This document shows, piece after piece, positions 9,726 through 19,674 of a stretch of DNA of 64,000 bases (within the stretch, counting starts at the first letter, position 1; each line of letters begins with the position of its first letter). Origin of the DNA: an uncultured Actinomycetota bacterium (lineage in GTDB: Bacteria; Actinomycetota; Humimicrobiia; Humimicrobiales; Humimicrobiaceae); assembly GCA_964610385.1 (NCBI GenBank), contig CAZSXW010000001.1:84261-148260 (forward strand), given 5' to 3'. The notes below the pieces were generated by a model that ran no database searches, was not told the origin of the DNA, and was given only the letters and a program-made list of their open reading frames with translations. Both the position numbers and the translations under genes were made by a program.

Positions 9726-9993
9726 ATTAATCCTTTCTGCAACTCGATTTCCAAATATCTTATTTAAAGACGCTGTATTTATTGTAACAATAAAGCAGCC
9801 CAATGCAAATTTATAAACCTGTAAAACCTTAATCACATTATCAATCATACTTATATTTTCCATAACATTCTTACTGCCCACCAATCCAGCCTCCGCTGCG
9901 CATATAATAAGTTACGACTATGGAACTTTGCTTTACTTTACGGTAATATACCGATAATAAAGAGAATAACATCATTAAAGGAAAATCTATATC

Positions 9994-12228
9994 GTGAAAG
10001 CATTCAGATATTTATTCGTGTTTCTGCTTATACTTGTCCTCCTGGCGGCCTGTAAAAAAGTAGAAAAAGTTCCTGAGGAAGAGACTATTACAGAAGAGGC
10101 TGGTATAGAAGAGGTTGATATAGAAGAGGCTCTTATTGAAGAAAATATTCCCTCACTCAAAGATGTCTTTAAGGATGATTTTTATATAGGTACGGCAATA
10201 GGGCCTTCACAACTGGAAATACCCGCATGCACGCAGTTATTAGAGAAGCATTTCTCCAGCATTACCGCAGAAAATGCCATGAAACCTGAAGAAATCCAGC
10301 CCTTAGAGGGAATCTTTGATTTCAGAGATGCTGATAAAATCGTAAATTTTGCTGAAGATAACGGAATCGCTCTGCGCGGTCACGTGCTTATCTGGCATAA
10401 TCAAACACCTGACTGGTTTTTCTTAGAAAACGGTGAAGAAGTCTCCAAGGAAAAATTAAAGGAACGTATGAAGTCTCATATAACCGAAGTAATGCAGCAT
10501 TACAAGGGACAGATCTACGCATGGGATGTAGTAAATGAACCAGTAGACCCTGATACGCCGGATGGGTTTAGAAGAAACAAATGGTTTGACATACTTGGTG
10601 AAGAATACGTAGAACTCGCATTTCAATATGCAAGAGAGGCGGACCCGGAAGCAAAACTCTTTTTAAATGAGTATGACACCACAAACGCCAACAAGCGTCA
10701 AGCGATAATAGACCTTGTCAAAGAGCTCCAGTCAAAAGGCGTGCCTATAGACGGCATTGGCATGCAGATGCACATTTCACTTGAACAACCCACGCTTGAG
10801 GATTTCGAAGAAACACTAAAGGAATTTTCCGAACTTGGATTGGAAATCCAAATTACCGAACTGGACATCACTGTATACGAAAATAGAACAGAGTCATATT
10901 CAACCATAAGCGACGAACTTTTAAACGAACAGGGGCACCGCGTAAAAGATTTGTTTGCTATCATTGATAAATATAAGGAACATATAACCAGCGTGACTTT
11001 CTGGGGTTTAACGGATGAGCGAACCTGGCTCAGATCGTATTTTGTGCAGCGGAATGACTGGCCCCTGCCCTTTGATGAAGAACAAAAAGCAAAGCCTTTT
11101 TACTGGGGAATGGTCGATCCCCAAAAATTAACTCCCAGAATAAACAAAGCAAAAGCAATTGAGGGTACCGCTGATATTGACGGAAAAGAGGATGAAATAT
11201 GGTATTTTGTTAAAGCTTTTTCTGATTTACCCGAGTCAGAAGACTTTGATCTGGAAGCAAAGGCACTCTGGGATGAAGAATATTTATATATCCTGCTTAA
11301 AGTAACCGATAAGAGTCCCGGACAGGATGATGCTGTTCTACTTTTTATTGATGAGAAAAACGAAAAGTCAGATTCTCTGGATGAAAATGACAGAATAATT
11401 GAATTTAATCTTGACTCCAGCTGTAAAGATACTGAAGATTCCGCTTTAAATAAAACAGCAGGCGGATACATTTTTGAGACCCGCGTTCCCTTTGAATATA
11501 TAGAAGGAAGTGAAGGCACTTCAATAGGATTGGATATTCAGGTCAAGGACGGAGATCAGGCATTTATCAAATGGAATGATAAGTATGACACCGCAGGCCA
11601 GGTACCAAAATATTGGGGTAACCTTAGTTTCGTAATGGCACCCAGCGGGGCGACAGCATATTATGGAACTGCCGAAATCGATAGCATCAAGGATGAAGAA
11701 TATAATGCAGGCAGTCCCCTGGTTGTAGAGAAATTTATTCAGGGAATAGAAGACGAAAAAAATGTATTCCAGGGCGCAACTGCAAAGGCCTGGGTGCTGT
11801 GGGATGAAAACGCGCTTTATGTATATATGGAAGTAAATGATCCCGTATTAAGCGTCTCCAGCACTACTGTTTATATGCAGGACAGTATCGAGGTCTTCAT
11901 AGACGAGAACAACAATAAAACAACTTCCTATGAACCTGATGACGGCCAATTTAGAGTCAACTTTAATAATGAACAATCCTTTGGCTCTACCGGCAGTGTA
12001 GATGGCTTTGAAAGCGCGTCCCAGATCATCGAGGGTGGATATGCAGTCGAGGTAAAAATCCCATACCGAAGTCTGACACCGCAAGACGGCACGATTATCG
12101 GCTTTGACCTTCAGGTAAATGACGACCAGGGAAGCGGAGCGAGAGACAGTATTTCAAAATGGAACGACCCCACAAACGAGTCCTGGCGGTCAACTGCGGG
12201 ACTTGGGGTTTTAATCTTTAGTAAATAA
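9994..12228 (+). CDS. Lipoprotein endo-1,4-beta-xylanase: GH10 + two CBM9-like domains
   Basis: Lipobox LLAAC; GH10 motifs ENAMKP, RGHVLIWH, WDVVNEP (acid/base), DGIGMQMH, ITELD (nucleophile), FWG; CBM9-like repeats with LWDE..LY, DSIEVFIDE, IGFDLQVND. Confidence 0.9.
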   Translation: MKAFRYLFVFLLILVLLAACKKVEKVPEEETITEEAGIEEVDIEEALIEENIPSLKDVFKDDFYIGTAIGPSQLEIPACTQLLEKHFSSITAENAMKPEEIQPLEGIFDFRDADKIVNFAEDNGIALRGHVLIWHNQTPDWFFLENGEEVSKEKLKERMKSHITEVMQHYKGQIYAWDVVNEPVDPDTPDGFRRNKWFDILGEEYVELAFQYAREADPEAKLFLNEYDTTNANKRQAIIDLVKELQSKGVPIDGIGMQMHISLEQPTLEDFEETLKEFSELGLEIQITELDITVYENRTESYSTISDELLNEQGHRVKDLFAIIDKYKEHITSVTFWGLTDERTWLRSYFVQRNDWPLPFDEEQKAKPFYWGMVDPQKLTPRINKAKAIEGTADIDGKEDEIWYFVKAFSDLPESEDFDLEAKALWDEEYLYILLKVTDKSPGQDDAVLLFIDEKNEKSDSLDENDRIIEFNLDSSCKDTEDSALNKTAGGYIFETRVPFEYIEGSEGTSIGLDIQVKDGDQAFIKWNDKYDTAGQVPKYWGNLSFVMAPSGATAYYGTAEIDSIKDEEYNAGSPLVVEKFIQGIEDEKNVFQGATAKAWVLWDENALYVYMEVNDPVLSVSSTTVYMQDSIEVFIDENNNKTTSYEPDDGQFRVNFNNEQSFGSTGSVDGFESASQIIEGGYAVEVKIPYRSLTPQDGTIIGFDLQVNDDQGSGARDSISKWNDPTNESWRSTAGLGVLIFSK

Positions 12229-12233
12229 AAATT

Positions 12234-13118
12234 TTATTTATAAACAGTTCTATGACTATAATCAATTCTGCTCTTATATAATTCCATGATCCTTAAGGTA
12301 ATATTACCGGGAAGTTTTTTCCCAATTACAAACCAGTCGATTTTCCTTACAGGTACCACCCCGGCAACTGAACTGGTTTTGAAAACTTCATCTGCATTTA
12401 TGATATCCCGGTAGTGTATTTTCTTCTCTTTTATCCTTATCATGTTTTCTCTGCATATATCTATCACTACTTCCCTGGTGACACCAGGTAAAATATTTTG
12501 GGTCAGTGGAGGAGTATATACCGAACCTCTTTTTACCAGAAATATATTGCTTGATGCCCCCTCCAGTACCAGCCGGTCCCTGTTCAGAAAAACAGCCTCC
12601 CCTGCATTTTTTTTATGGGCTTCATCCTTTGCAAAAATATTCTCAAAATAGTTGATGAGCTTATGAGAATAGAGACTCCGTCCAACTGACTGCCTTTTTA
12701 TTGAAGAAGAGATGACATTTATACCTTCAATATAATCTTCCTGAGGGTAGGGTCTTAGTTTTTCGGCAATTATTATAAGGTTTGGACTACTGCTGCTCGA
12801 AAAATGAAAATCTCCGTTATAAATTCCCCTGGTCACGATAATCTTTATATAAGAATCGCACACGATCAGGTTATTCTTTTTCACCGTTTTAATTACGGCA
12901 TCCTTTAAATATTCATTATCAAAAGTGACCCTGTATTTTAATACCTTAAGCGAGTGAAACAACCTCTGAATATGAGCATCAAGCATAAACAGATTACCTT
13001 TGAAACCCCTAAGGGTCTCATACAGCCCGTCGCCATATAAAAATCCTCTGTCCTTTACCGATATTCTTGCTTTTGGTTCGATGACCAGTTTTCCGTTAAT
13101 AAAAACGTATTTAAACAT
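12234..13118 (-). CDS. pabC: Class IV PLP aminotransferase family, probable aminodeoxychorismate lyase
   Basis: DRGFLYGDGLYET, HK (PLP lysine), EGASSNIF, ILPGVTR; last gene of the pabA-pabB operon. Confidence 0.75.
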   Translation of the reverse strand: MFKYVFINGKLVIEPKARISVKDRGFLYGDGLYETLRGFKGNLFMLDAHIQRLFHSLKVLKYRVTFDNEYLKDAVIKTVKKNNLIVCDSYIKIIVTRGIYNGDFHFSSSSSPNLIIIAEKLRPYPQEDYIEGINVISSSIKRQSVGRSLYSHKLINYFENIFAKDEAHKKNAGEAVFLNRDRLVLEGASSNIFLVKRGSVYTPPLTQNILPGVTREVVIDICRENMIRIKEKKIHYRDIINADEVFKTSSVAGVVPVRKIDWFVIGKKLPGNITLRIMELYKSRIDYSHRTVYK

Positions 13119-13140
13119 AGCAGTCTGCCCCGCAGAAATC

Positions 13141-14739
13141 TTATAAAAATTTTTTTAAATTCCCTGCCATAAAAAATCTTAGAGTATCTTTAAGTGCGAT
13201 ACTCTTATCCAGGGTCTCATTATATTCTTCTTCCGGAACAGAATCCTCAACTATTCCCCCGCCTACATTATAATAGAACTTATTTTTCTTTATAACAAAT
13301 GTCCTTATAACAATATTTATATCCATACCGCAGTCGACACCTATATAGCCCAGTGAACCTGTATAAACATTCCTGGCGACCGTTTCCAGCTCATCGATTA
13401 TCTCCATCGCCCTTATCTTGGGCGCACCCGTTATTGAACCCCCGGGAAATGACGCCTTTATAATATCAGAGATATCCACCCGCTTTTTTACCCTGCCTGT
13501 CACCGTCGAAACGGAATGAAAAACGGTCGAATATTTTTCAACTACAGCATGCTCTGCTACTTTTACTGTACCGTAATAGCAGAATTTTCCCAGATCATTT
13601 CGCTCCAGATCCACAATCATATTAAGTTCTGCCCTGTCCTTCATGCTCCCTTTTAGTTCCGTTATTTTTCCCCTGTCACTCAAGTCGTCCTTTCCTCTGG
13701 GCCTGGTCCCTTTTATAGGCCTGGTCTCTATGACATCTCCCTTCAGAAGTAAAAACCTTTCCGGTGATGAACTGCCTATACTGAAGCCGTCAAAATCCAT
13801 AAAAGCAGAAAATGGCGCAGCGTTCTTTTCCCTCAGTATATAATAAAGGTCTATCGGTTCTACCGGCAGGTCTGCTTCGAACCTCTGCGTGAAGTTTGCC
13901 TGATATATATCGCCGTTATGGATGTATTCCTTGGCTTTCATGACTCTTCTTATGTAATCGGGCTTCTTGATATTTGATTTAAACTTTATACTGGATATCT
14001 TTTTTTTATAGTATTTTTCTATTATATTTTTTCTGATATCATCCGGCTTTTCAAAACCACTTAAAATGTCCTCTAATTCCTTACCAACCTTTTCTGTAAG
14101 TTCACCGTCCTTCACACCAGGATCCACATAATCATCTTTTAAGAAGGCCGCTTCAAAAACACCACTGCTTTCCTTTTCTTTTCCCTTTACCAGAAAATTT
14201 CTAATAAAGTACCACCTTTCCTCGATATGACTGTATGCAAGTACTCTGTCGTAATAATTAAGATAAAACACGGGAAGACCGATATCATCCAAAACACTTT
14301 GAGGAAGTTTTTCAATATAGTTCTTAAGGTCATAAGAAAAATAACCGGTAAAGCCGCCCCTGAATTCAGGCAGCTTTTCCTCCCGGCCTTTAGCTGCTTT
14401 CTCCACTCTACCGCCGCTTATATATACAAGCTTTATATTCCCTATTTCACTGCCGGAAGGGCTCAGGGTATAATTTTTTATATTCTCCTTTAGAAATGAA
14501 AGAGGATGCTGGTATGAATAATACCTTATACCTACTGGGCCAGCGGCAAACTCATTCTTATACCCCAGGCTTTTTATTACAAATTTAGGATCCCAGGCAA
14601 TATAAGAAAATTTGGAATATTTATTAGGGTATAGACTGCTGTCTAAAAAACAAAGGTGATTTTTATCCTTTAGACTATACGCCGTATCCTGAGGCATCAT
14701 TTTCAGGTCGATGGCCGAGATTGTAGAGAGGATGTTCAT
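13141..14739 (-). CDS. pabB: Aminodeoxychorismate synthase component I
   Basis: GDIYQAN, SSPERF, PIKGT (PabB-type rather than TrpE PIAGT), MIVDLERNDLG, FPGGSITGAPK. Confidence 0.85.
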   Translation of the reverse strand: MNILSTISAIDLKMMPQDTAYSLKDKNHLCFLDSSLYPNKYSKFSYIAWDPKFVIKSLGYKNEFAAGPVGIRYYSYQHPLSFLKENIKNYTLSPSGSEIGNIKLVYISGGRVEKAAKGREEKLPEFRGGFTGYFSYDLKNYIEKLPQSVLDDIGLPVFYLNYYDRVLAYSHIEERWYFIRNFLVKGKEKESSGVFEAAFLKDDYVDPGVKDGELTEKVGKELEDILSGFEKPDDIRKNIIEKYYKKKISSIKFKSNIKKPDYIRRVMKAKEYIHNGDIYQANFTQRFEADLPVEPIDLYYILREKNAAPFSAFMDFDGFSIGSSSPERFLLLKGDVIETRPIKGTRPRGKDDLSDRGKITELKGSMKDRAELNMIVDLERNDLGKFCYYGTVKVAEHAVVEKYSTVFHSVSTVTGRVKKRVDISDIIKASFPGGSITGAPKIRAMEIIDELETVARNVYTGSLGYIGVDCGMDINIVIRTFVIKKNKFYYNVGGGIVEDSVPEEEYNETLDKSIALKDTLRFFMAGNLKKFL

Positions 14740-15341
14740 AGGTCAATGAAATTTTTAAGTATTTTCATTCCAACCGGAGTAAGAAAAGACTCGGGGTGAA
14801 ATTGTATCCCTTCCAGCCTGTAATCCTTATGCCTTACTCCCATAACAATACCGTCCTGGGTGTGCGCTGTGACTATAAAGGAGGGAGGGATTGTGTCCTT
14901 TTTTAAAATCAGAGAGTGGTATCTTGCAGCTTCAAAAGGACTTTTAATGCCTTTAAAAATACTTTTACCGTCATGGTATATCATTGAAGTCTTACCATGG
15001 ACAACTACTCCGGAATTTATGACTTCCGCCCCAAATACCTCTCCGATACACTGGTGACCCAGACACACTCCCAGTATAGGTATTTCTCTGTAGAAATGCT
15101 TTATCAGGTCTTTTGAAATACCTGCATCTGAAGGCCGGCCGGGTCCGGGCGAGATGACTATTTTTGACGGCGACATCCTTTCGATCTCCTCAAGACTTAT
15201 CTTATCATTTCTTCTGACTTTTATATTCTCCCCTAAAATCCCCAGAAACTGCACCAGATTAAAAGTGAAGGAATCATAATTGTCTATCATAAGGATATCT
15301 ATTTTTTTGGTTTTTATTTTTGTACTCATATCCATTCCCAT
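14736..15341 (-). CDS. pabA: Glutamine amidotransferase component II (PabA/TrpG)
   Basis: IDNYDSFTFNL, SPGPG, GVCLGHQ, RYHSL, QFHPES; 4-nt overlap with pabB. Confidence 0.88.
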   Translation of the reverse strand: MGMDMSTKIKTKKIDILMIDNYDSFTFNLVQFLGILGENIKVRRNDKISLEEIERMSPSKIVISPGPGRPSDAGISKDLIKHFYREIPILGVCLGHQCIGEVFGAEVINSGVVVHGKTSMIYHDGKSIFKGIKSPFEAARYHSLILKKDTIPPSFIVTAHTQDGIVMGVRHKDYRLEGIQFHPESFLTPVGMKILKNFIDL

Positions 15342-15504
15342 ATAATTATTTTAATAAAGCGCTGAACTCTTCTGTTCTCTAATAAAAGAAATTATATTAG
15401 AAGCTGGTCAAAATCTCAAAAGGAATATAGATTCTATACTAAAACTTTTAATTCCTTAATCTCTTAATTGATAAATAAAGACATTAAAGGTAAAATTTTA
15501 TCCT

Positions 15505-16428
15505 ATGATAACAGTAGAGAATCTTACCAGAAAATTTGGCGATATAACTGCAGTCGAAAACATTTCTTTTGGTATAGATGAAAGTGAGATATTCGGCTTT
15601 TTAGGTCCCAATGGGGCCGGAAAGACTACCACCATCAGGATGCTCTCAACACTAATTTCCCCGGATTCAGGGAAAATAATCATAGACGGAAAGGATACCC
15701 TAAGCCACGGTGAGTATATAAGACAAATAACGGGACTTCTGACCGAATCTCCCGGGATGTATGAAAAAATATCTGCCTATGAAAATCTTAAATATTATTC
15801 CAGCTTCTATAATATTCCGGATAATAAGAGAAAAGACAATATCGAAAAATACCTGAAAATGTTTGACCTCTGGGATAGAAAAGACGATCTTGCCGGCACT
15901 TATTCCAAGGGCATGAAACAAAAGCTGGCGCTGTCCAGGGCACTTATACACGAACCCAAGATACTGCTGCTGGATGAACCGACAGCGGGGCTGGATCCGG
16001 AAAGCGCACATATGGTAAGGAATTTTATTGACAGCTTAAAAGAAGAGAGAACGACGGTATTCCTCTGTACCCATAATCTTGAAGAAGCATCCAGTCTTTC
16101 CGACAGGGTATGCATCATAAAGAAAAAGATAATAAGGATCGCTACCCTTTCAGAGCTTCAGAGCGGCGACAGAGGTAAAAGGGTGGAGATTGTTTTTAGA
16201 GACGATGCGGACAGATATACCAAATTGATGAAAGAGATAAGCCAGATAAAAAATATTCAGACGGATAAAAACAGGGCAACACTGGTGATTGAAAATCCAG
16301 AGACATCAAATCCAATAATTTTAAAAAAAATGGTATACAGCGGGGCTAAAATCATTTACTTTAACCAGATAAAGGCAAGTCTGGAGGAAATATATCTGGA
16401 TCTTATAAGGGGCGAAAAGGGGAAATGA
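15505..16428 (+). CDS. ABC-2 type exporter ATP-binding protein
   Basis: Walker A GPNGAGKTT, signature YSKGMKQK, LLDEPT, H-loop. Confidence 0.92.
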   Translation: MITVENLTRKFGDITAVENISFGIDESEIFGFLGPNGAGKTTTIRMLSTLISPDSGKIIIDGKDTLSHGEYIRQITGLLTESPGMYEKISAYENLKYYSSFYNIPDNKRKDNIEKYLKMFDLWDRKDDLAGTYSKGMKQKLALSRALIHEPKILLLDEPTAGLDPESAHMVRNFIDSLKEERTTVFLCTHNLEEASSLSDRVCIIKKKIIRIATLSELQSGDRGKRVEIVFRDDADRYTKLMKEISQIKNIQTDKNRATLVIENPETSNPIILKKMVYSGAKIIYFNQIKASLEEIYLDLIRGEKGK

Positions 16429-17216
16429 AAAACGCCTGGATAATCTTTAAAAAAGAAATAAAAGAGATAATAAAAAACAAGAACATTTGGATGCCCATCC
16501 TGATAATAACGATAATATTTTCAATTTCCCTTCCACTCGGCTTTATTCTGGGAAGTTCCCATATCCTGGAAGATGAAGATACCCTGAATTTTATAAATAA
16601 GGTCTTCGGCCAGGTCGACGACCCCCTAAAAGTACTCATAGGATTTATTTTAAAACAGCTCCTCATTTTCCTTTTAATAATGCCTGCTATGGTTCCCAGT
16701 CTAATCGCTCCCGCTTCCATAATAATGGAAAAAGAAAACAATACGCTTGAGCCTCTGCTGGCAACACCGTTAAAGACATCGGAACTGCTTCTTGGAAAAT
16801 CACTTACTGCACTTATACCTACATTTGTCATCTCGACCATTAATTTTATTATACTGGTTATAGTAGTAGATATATCCGCTTATATCAAAATGGGTTACAT
16901 TCCCCTGCCCACCGCAGAATGGGTCATTGTAGCTTTTGTTTTAAGCCCCATACTGTCTTTTATAATCACAATGGCCAGCGTCATAGTCTCATCCAGATCT
17001 ACAGACATAAGGTCAGCCCAGGGAGTAGGTGCAGTTATAATATTGCCCATCTACCTTATTATAGGCCTTCAGCTGGCAGGTTTCTTCCTTCTGAACATAA
17101 CCTACCTTCTAATAGGCTGCCTGGTCCTGCTTGTAGTATGCCCATTTGTCCTGAGGCTTGCAGTCAAGATTTTTGACCGGGAAAACATACTTACCAGATG
17201 GAAGATGAAGGCTTAA
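16425..17216 (+). CDS. ABC-2 type exporter permease
   Basis: Six hydrophobic segments, EKENNTLEPLLATP motif; ATGA overlap with the ATPase gene. Confidence 0.85.
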   Translation: MKNAWIIFKKEIKEIIKNKNIWMPILIITIIFSISLPLGFILGSSHILEDEDTLNFINKVFGQVDDPLKVLIGFILKQLLIFLLIMPAMVPSLIAPASIIMEKENNTLEPLLATPLKTSELLLGKSLTALIPTFVISTINFIILVIVVDISAYIKMGYIPLPTAEWVIVAFVLSPILSFIITMASVIVSSRSTDIRSAQGVGAVIILPIYLIIGLQLAGFFLLNITYLLIGCLVLLVVCPFVLRLAVKIFDRENILTRWKMKA

Positions 17217-17221
17217 AACAG

Positions 17222-18121
17222 CTAAACCCCCTTCATAAAATCTTCTTTTATCTTATCATCCAGTACCGGAGTGGGTCCAACCTTTGAACATACCCACGAG
17301 CCCAATCTATTTGCGGAATTACTTATTTCCTCAATAGAGCTGCCGTCTAAATACTTGATTATCACAGCAGCCGTAAAGGCATCACCTGCACCCACTGTAT
17401 CGGAAACAGTAATCCTGTAGCCAGGGTGATCATAATAATTGTTTTCATTAACAAGCAGGCTTCCTTTTTCTCCTCTGGTAAGACATATAAGTCTTATACC
17501 GTATTTATCTATAAGACCTCTGCAGACTTCAATACTTTTCTTTCCCTCGTAGTAACCCATCAAATTCTTTATTATCTCCAGCTCTTCCACGCTGAGTTTC
17601 AATATAGTAGCAAATTCCATCGATTGAACGATTGTCTCAAGAGAATAGAAGTTCTGCCTTAGATTGATATCAAGTATCTTAACAGCACTGCTCCCGGACA
17701 TCTTAAGAAAGTCAATTATGGTTGCCCTGGATCTTAAAGATCTCTGGGCAAGTGTACCAAAACATATGACATCGGCTTCTCCGGCCAGCTTTTTTAATCC
17801 CTTATTTAATTCCAGGAAATCCCAGGCCACATTTTCATTAATGATATAATCCGGCTGACCGCTGTTATCCACTCTCACATCAACTGTCCCGGTTGGATAT
17901 ATGGAATCTATCTGTATGTAATCTTTATCAAGACCGAGCTTAGCCAGAGAATCAAGAATCTCTTTTCCCAATAGATCGCTGCCGATTCTGCTGGCAATCA
18001 ATCCATCCTGCCCTAATTTTTTTACAAAATAAGCAAAATTTGCCGGAGCACCCCCGAGTTTTTTGCCACCCGGAAAAACATCCCATAGTATTTCACCGAT
18101 ACCCACTATCTTATAGGACAT
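17222..18121 (-). CDS. PfkB family carbohydrate kinase (fructokinase-like)
   Basis: GGAPANFA, DINLR, TRGEKGS, DTVGAGDAF. Confidence 0.9.
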   Translation of the reverse strand: MSYKIVGIGEILWDVFPGGKKLGGAPANFAYFVKKLGQDGLIASRIGSDLLGKEILDSLAKLGLDKDYIQIDSIYPTGTVDVRVDNSGQPDYIINENVAWDFLELNKGLKKLAGEADVICFGTLAQRSLRSRATIIDFLKMSGSSAVKILDINLRQNFYSLETIVQSMEFATILKLSVEELEIIKNLMGYYEGKKSIEVCRGLIDKYGIRLICLTRGEKGSLLVNENNYYDHPGYRITVSDTVGAGDAFTAAVIIKYLDGSSIEEISNSANRLGSWVCSKVGPTPVLDDKIKEDFMKGV

Positions 18122-18173
18122 TATTATTCCCTTCCGTAATTAAATAATGGATTAATTTTTTATTCTTATAAGA

Positions 18174-18203
18174 ATTTTAACCGGATGGAATATTATTAGT
18201 CAA
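18174..18203 (-). promoter_or_regulatory. Probable sigma-70 promoter of the pfkB-like gene
   Basis: Minus strand TTGACT-N18-TAAAAT about 50 nt upstream of the start codon. Confidence 0.5.
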
Positions 18204-18298
18204 GTGGTTCGAGTCTCTTTGGGGCTACCGGATAGAATAGAACTAAGGATAATTAAAACTTAAGTTATTTTTCAATATAGTTATAAACCTTAGGTATT

Positions 18299-19168
18299 CT
18301 ATATAAAATCCTTTAAAGCCTTACTGATGCTTGAATTCCTTAGTTTACCTAACGTTTTAAATTCTATCTGTCTAATTCTCTCTCTTGTAACATTAAATTC
18401 TCGACCAACTTCTTCCAGCGTTCTCGGGTAGCCATCATTTAATCCAAATCTAAGTTGAATAATTCTTCTTTCTCTATCAGCCAGAGTGCCTAGCACTTTC
18501 TGAAGCTGTTCCTGTAATAATACAAATAAGGCAGCATCCGAGGGCTTTTCAATTTCTGAATCTTTAATGAAATCTCCCAGTTGGGTATCACTTTCTTCAC
18601 CTATAGGTGTTTCAAACGAAATTGGGTGCTGACTTATTTTAATTATTTCCCTTACCTTTTCAGGTGTAGAGTCCATTTTTTCTGAAATCTCTTCAACAGA
18701 AGGATCCCTTCCGAATTCCTGCATCAAATTCTTTTGCACCCTCATTAATTTATTAATATTTTCTACCATATGGACTGGTACTCTTATGGTTCTTGCTTGA
18801 TCAGATATTGCCCTTGTAATACCCTGCCTAATCCACCAAGTCGCATAAGTAGAGAATTTGTATCCTCTTTTATAATCAAATTTCTCTGTTGCTTTGATAA
18901 GACCAATATTACCTTCCTGTATTAGGTCCAGAAATAGCATTCCCCGACTGGCATACTTCTTTGCAATACTTACTACTAATCTAAGATTTGACTCTACCAG
19001 CAGTCTTTTCGCTTCAATATCCCCGGTTTCAATTCTTTTAGCCAGTTTTACCTCCTGAGAGGCAGACAGCAGCTTTATGCTGCCAATCTTCTTAAGATAC
19101 ATCCTTACCGGGTCAATAATCCTCTTATAAGTAAATGTTTTCTCTGACTTTCTTTTCTTTAAGGGCAC
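18299..19168 (-). CDS. RpoD-like sigma-70 factor lacking region 1.1
   Basis: DPVRMYLK (1.2), [60 protein letters not shown] (4.2); only 289 aa. Confidence 0.9.
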   Translation of the reverse strand: MPLKKRKSEKTFTYKRIIDPVRMYLKKIGSIKLLSASQEVKLAKRIETGDIEAKRLLVESNLRLVVSIAKKYASRGMLFLDLIQEGNIGLIKATEKFDYKRGYKFSTYATWWIRQGITRAISDQARTIRVPVHMVENINKLMRVQKNLMQEFGRDPSVEEISEKMDSTPEKVREIIKISQHPISFETPIGEESDTQLGDFIKDSEIEKPSDAALFVLLQEQLQKVLGTLADRERRIIQLRFGLNDGYPRTLEEVGREFNVTRERIRQIEFKTLGKLRNSSISKALKDFI

Positions 19169-19256
19169 CTTTACTTCTTCAATTTTGATACTTGTTCCTA
19201 TTGTAATCTTAAATCCCCCTAGCCTTTGTGAATAATATAGATTTTAGTAAAACCGA

Positions 19257-19607
19257 TTAATACCTTTTTCTTAATCTCCTAAGTCTAGAATTCAAGTCAT
19301 CTTGAGGTCTTCTATTATTATACCCTCTATACCCTCTTTGGTTCTCACTGAATCCTCTACTTTTTGGGGGCCTGGCTTCATTGACCCAAATGGTCCTATC
19401 TTTAAAACTGCTTTGATCATATTTTTCCATAGCTTTAGATGCTTCTTCCTCAGTTTCCATTTCTACAAATCCGAAACCTTTAGACCTTCCATCCAAACTT
19501 CTGATTACTTTGGCAGAAGTTACACTGCCTTCACTAGAAAATAATTTCTCTAGTTCCTCATTCGTCACAGAATATGCTAAATTACCTATATGCAATCTTC
19601 TATTCAC
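19257..19607 (-). CDS. Single-RRM RNA-binding protein with basic C-terminal tail
   Basis: RNP2 LHIGNL, RNP1 KGFGFVEM, VNEARP. Confidence 0.9.
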   Translation of the reverse strand: MNRRLHIGNLAYSVTNEELEKLFSSEGSVTSAKVIRSLDGRSKGFGFVEMETEEEASKAMEKYDQSSFKDRTIWVNEARPPKSRGFSENQRGYRGYNNRRPQDDLNSRLRRLRKRY

Positions 19608-19674
19608 TTTAATTTCCTTTCATCTTTTATTAATTTTTTCAATCTCTCTATATGTAAAACCAAAAATACCTAAA

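Noticed and set aside
9726-9884. 53-aa N-terminal extension of the aldo/keto reductase, possibly a gene remnant
   Set aside because: The family start MKYRTLGKTG begins at 9725, and I could not assign the upstream peptide to any family.
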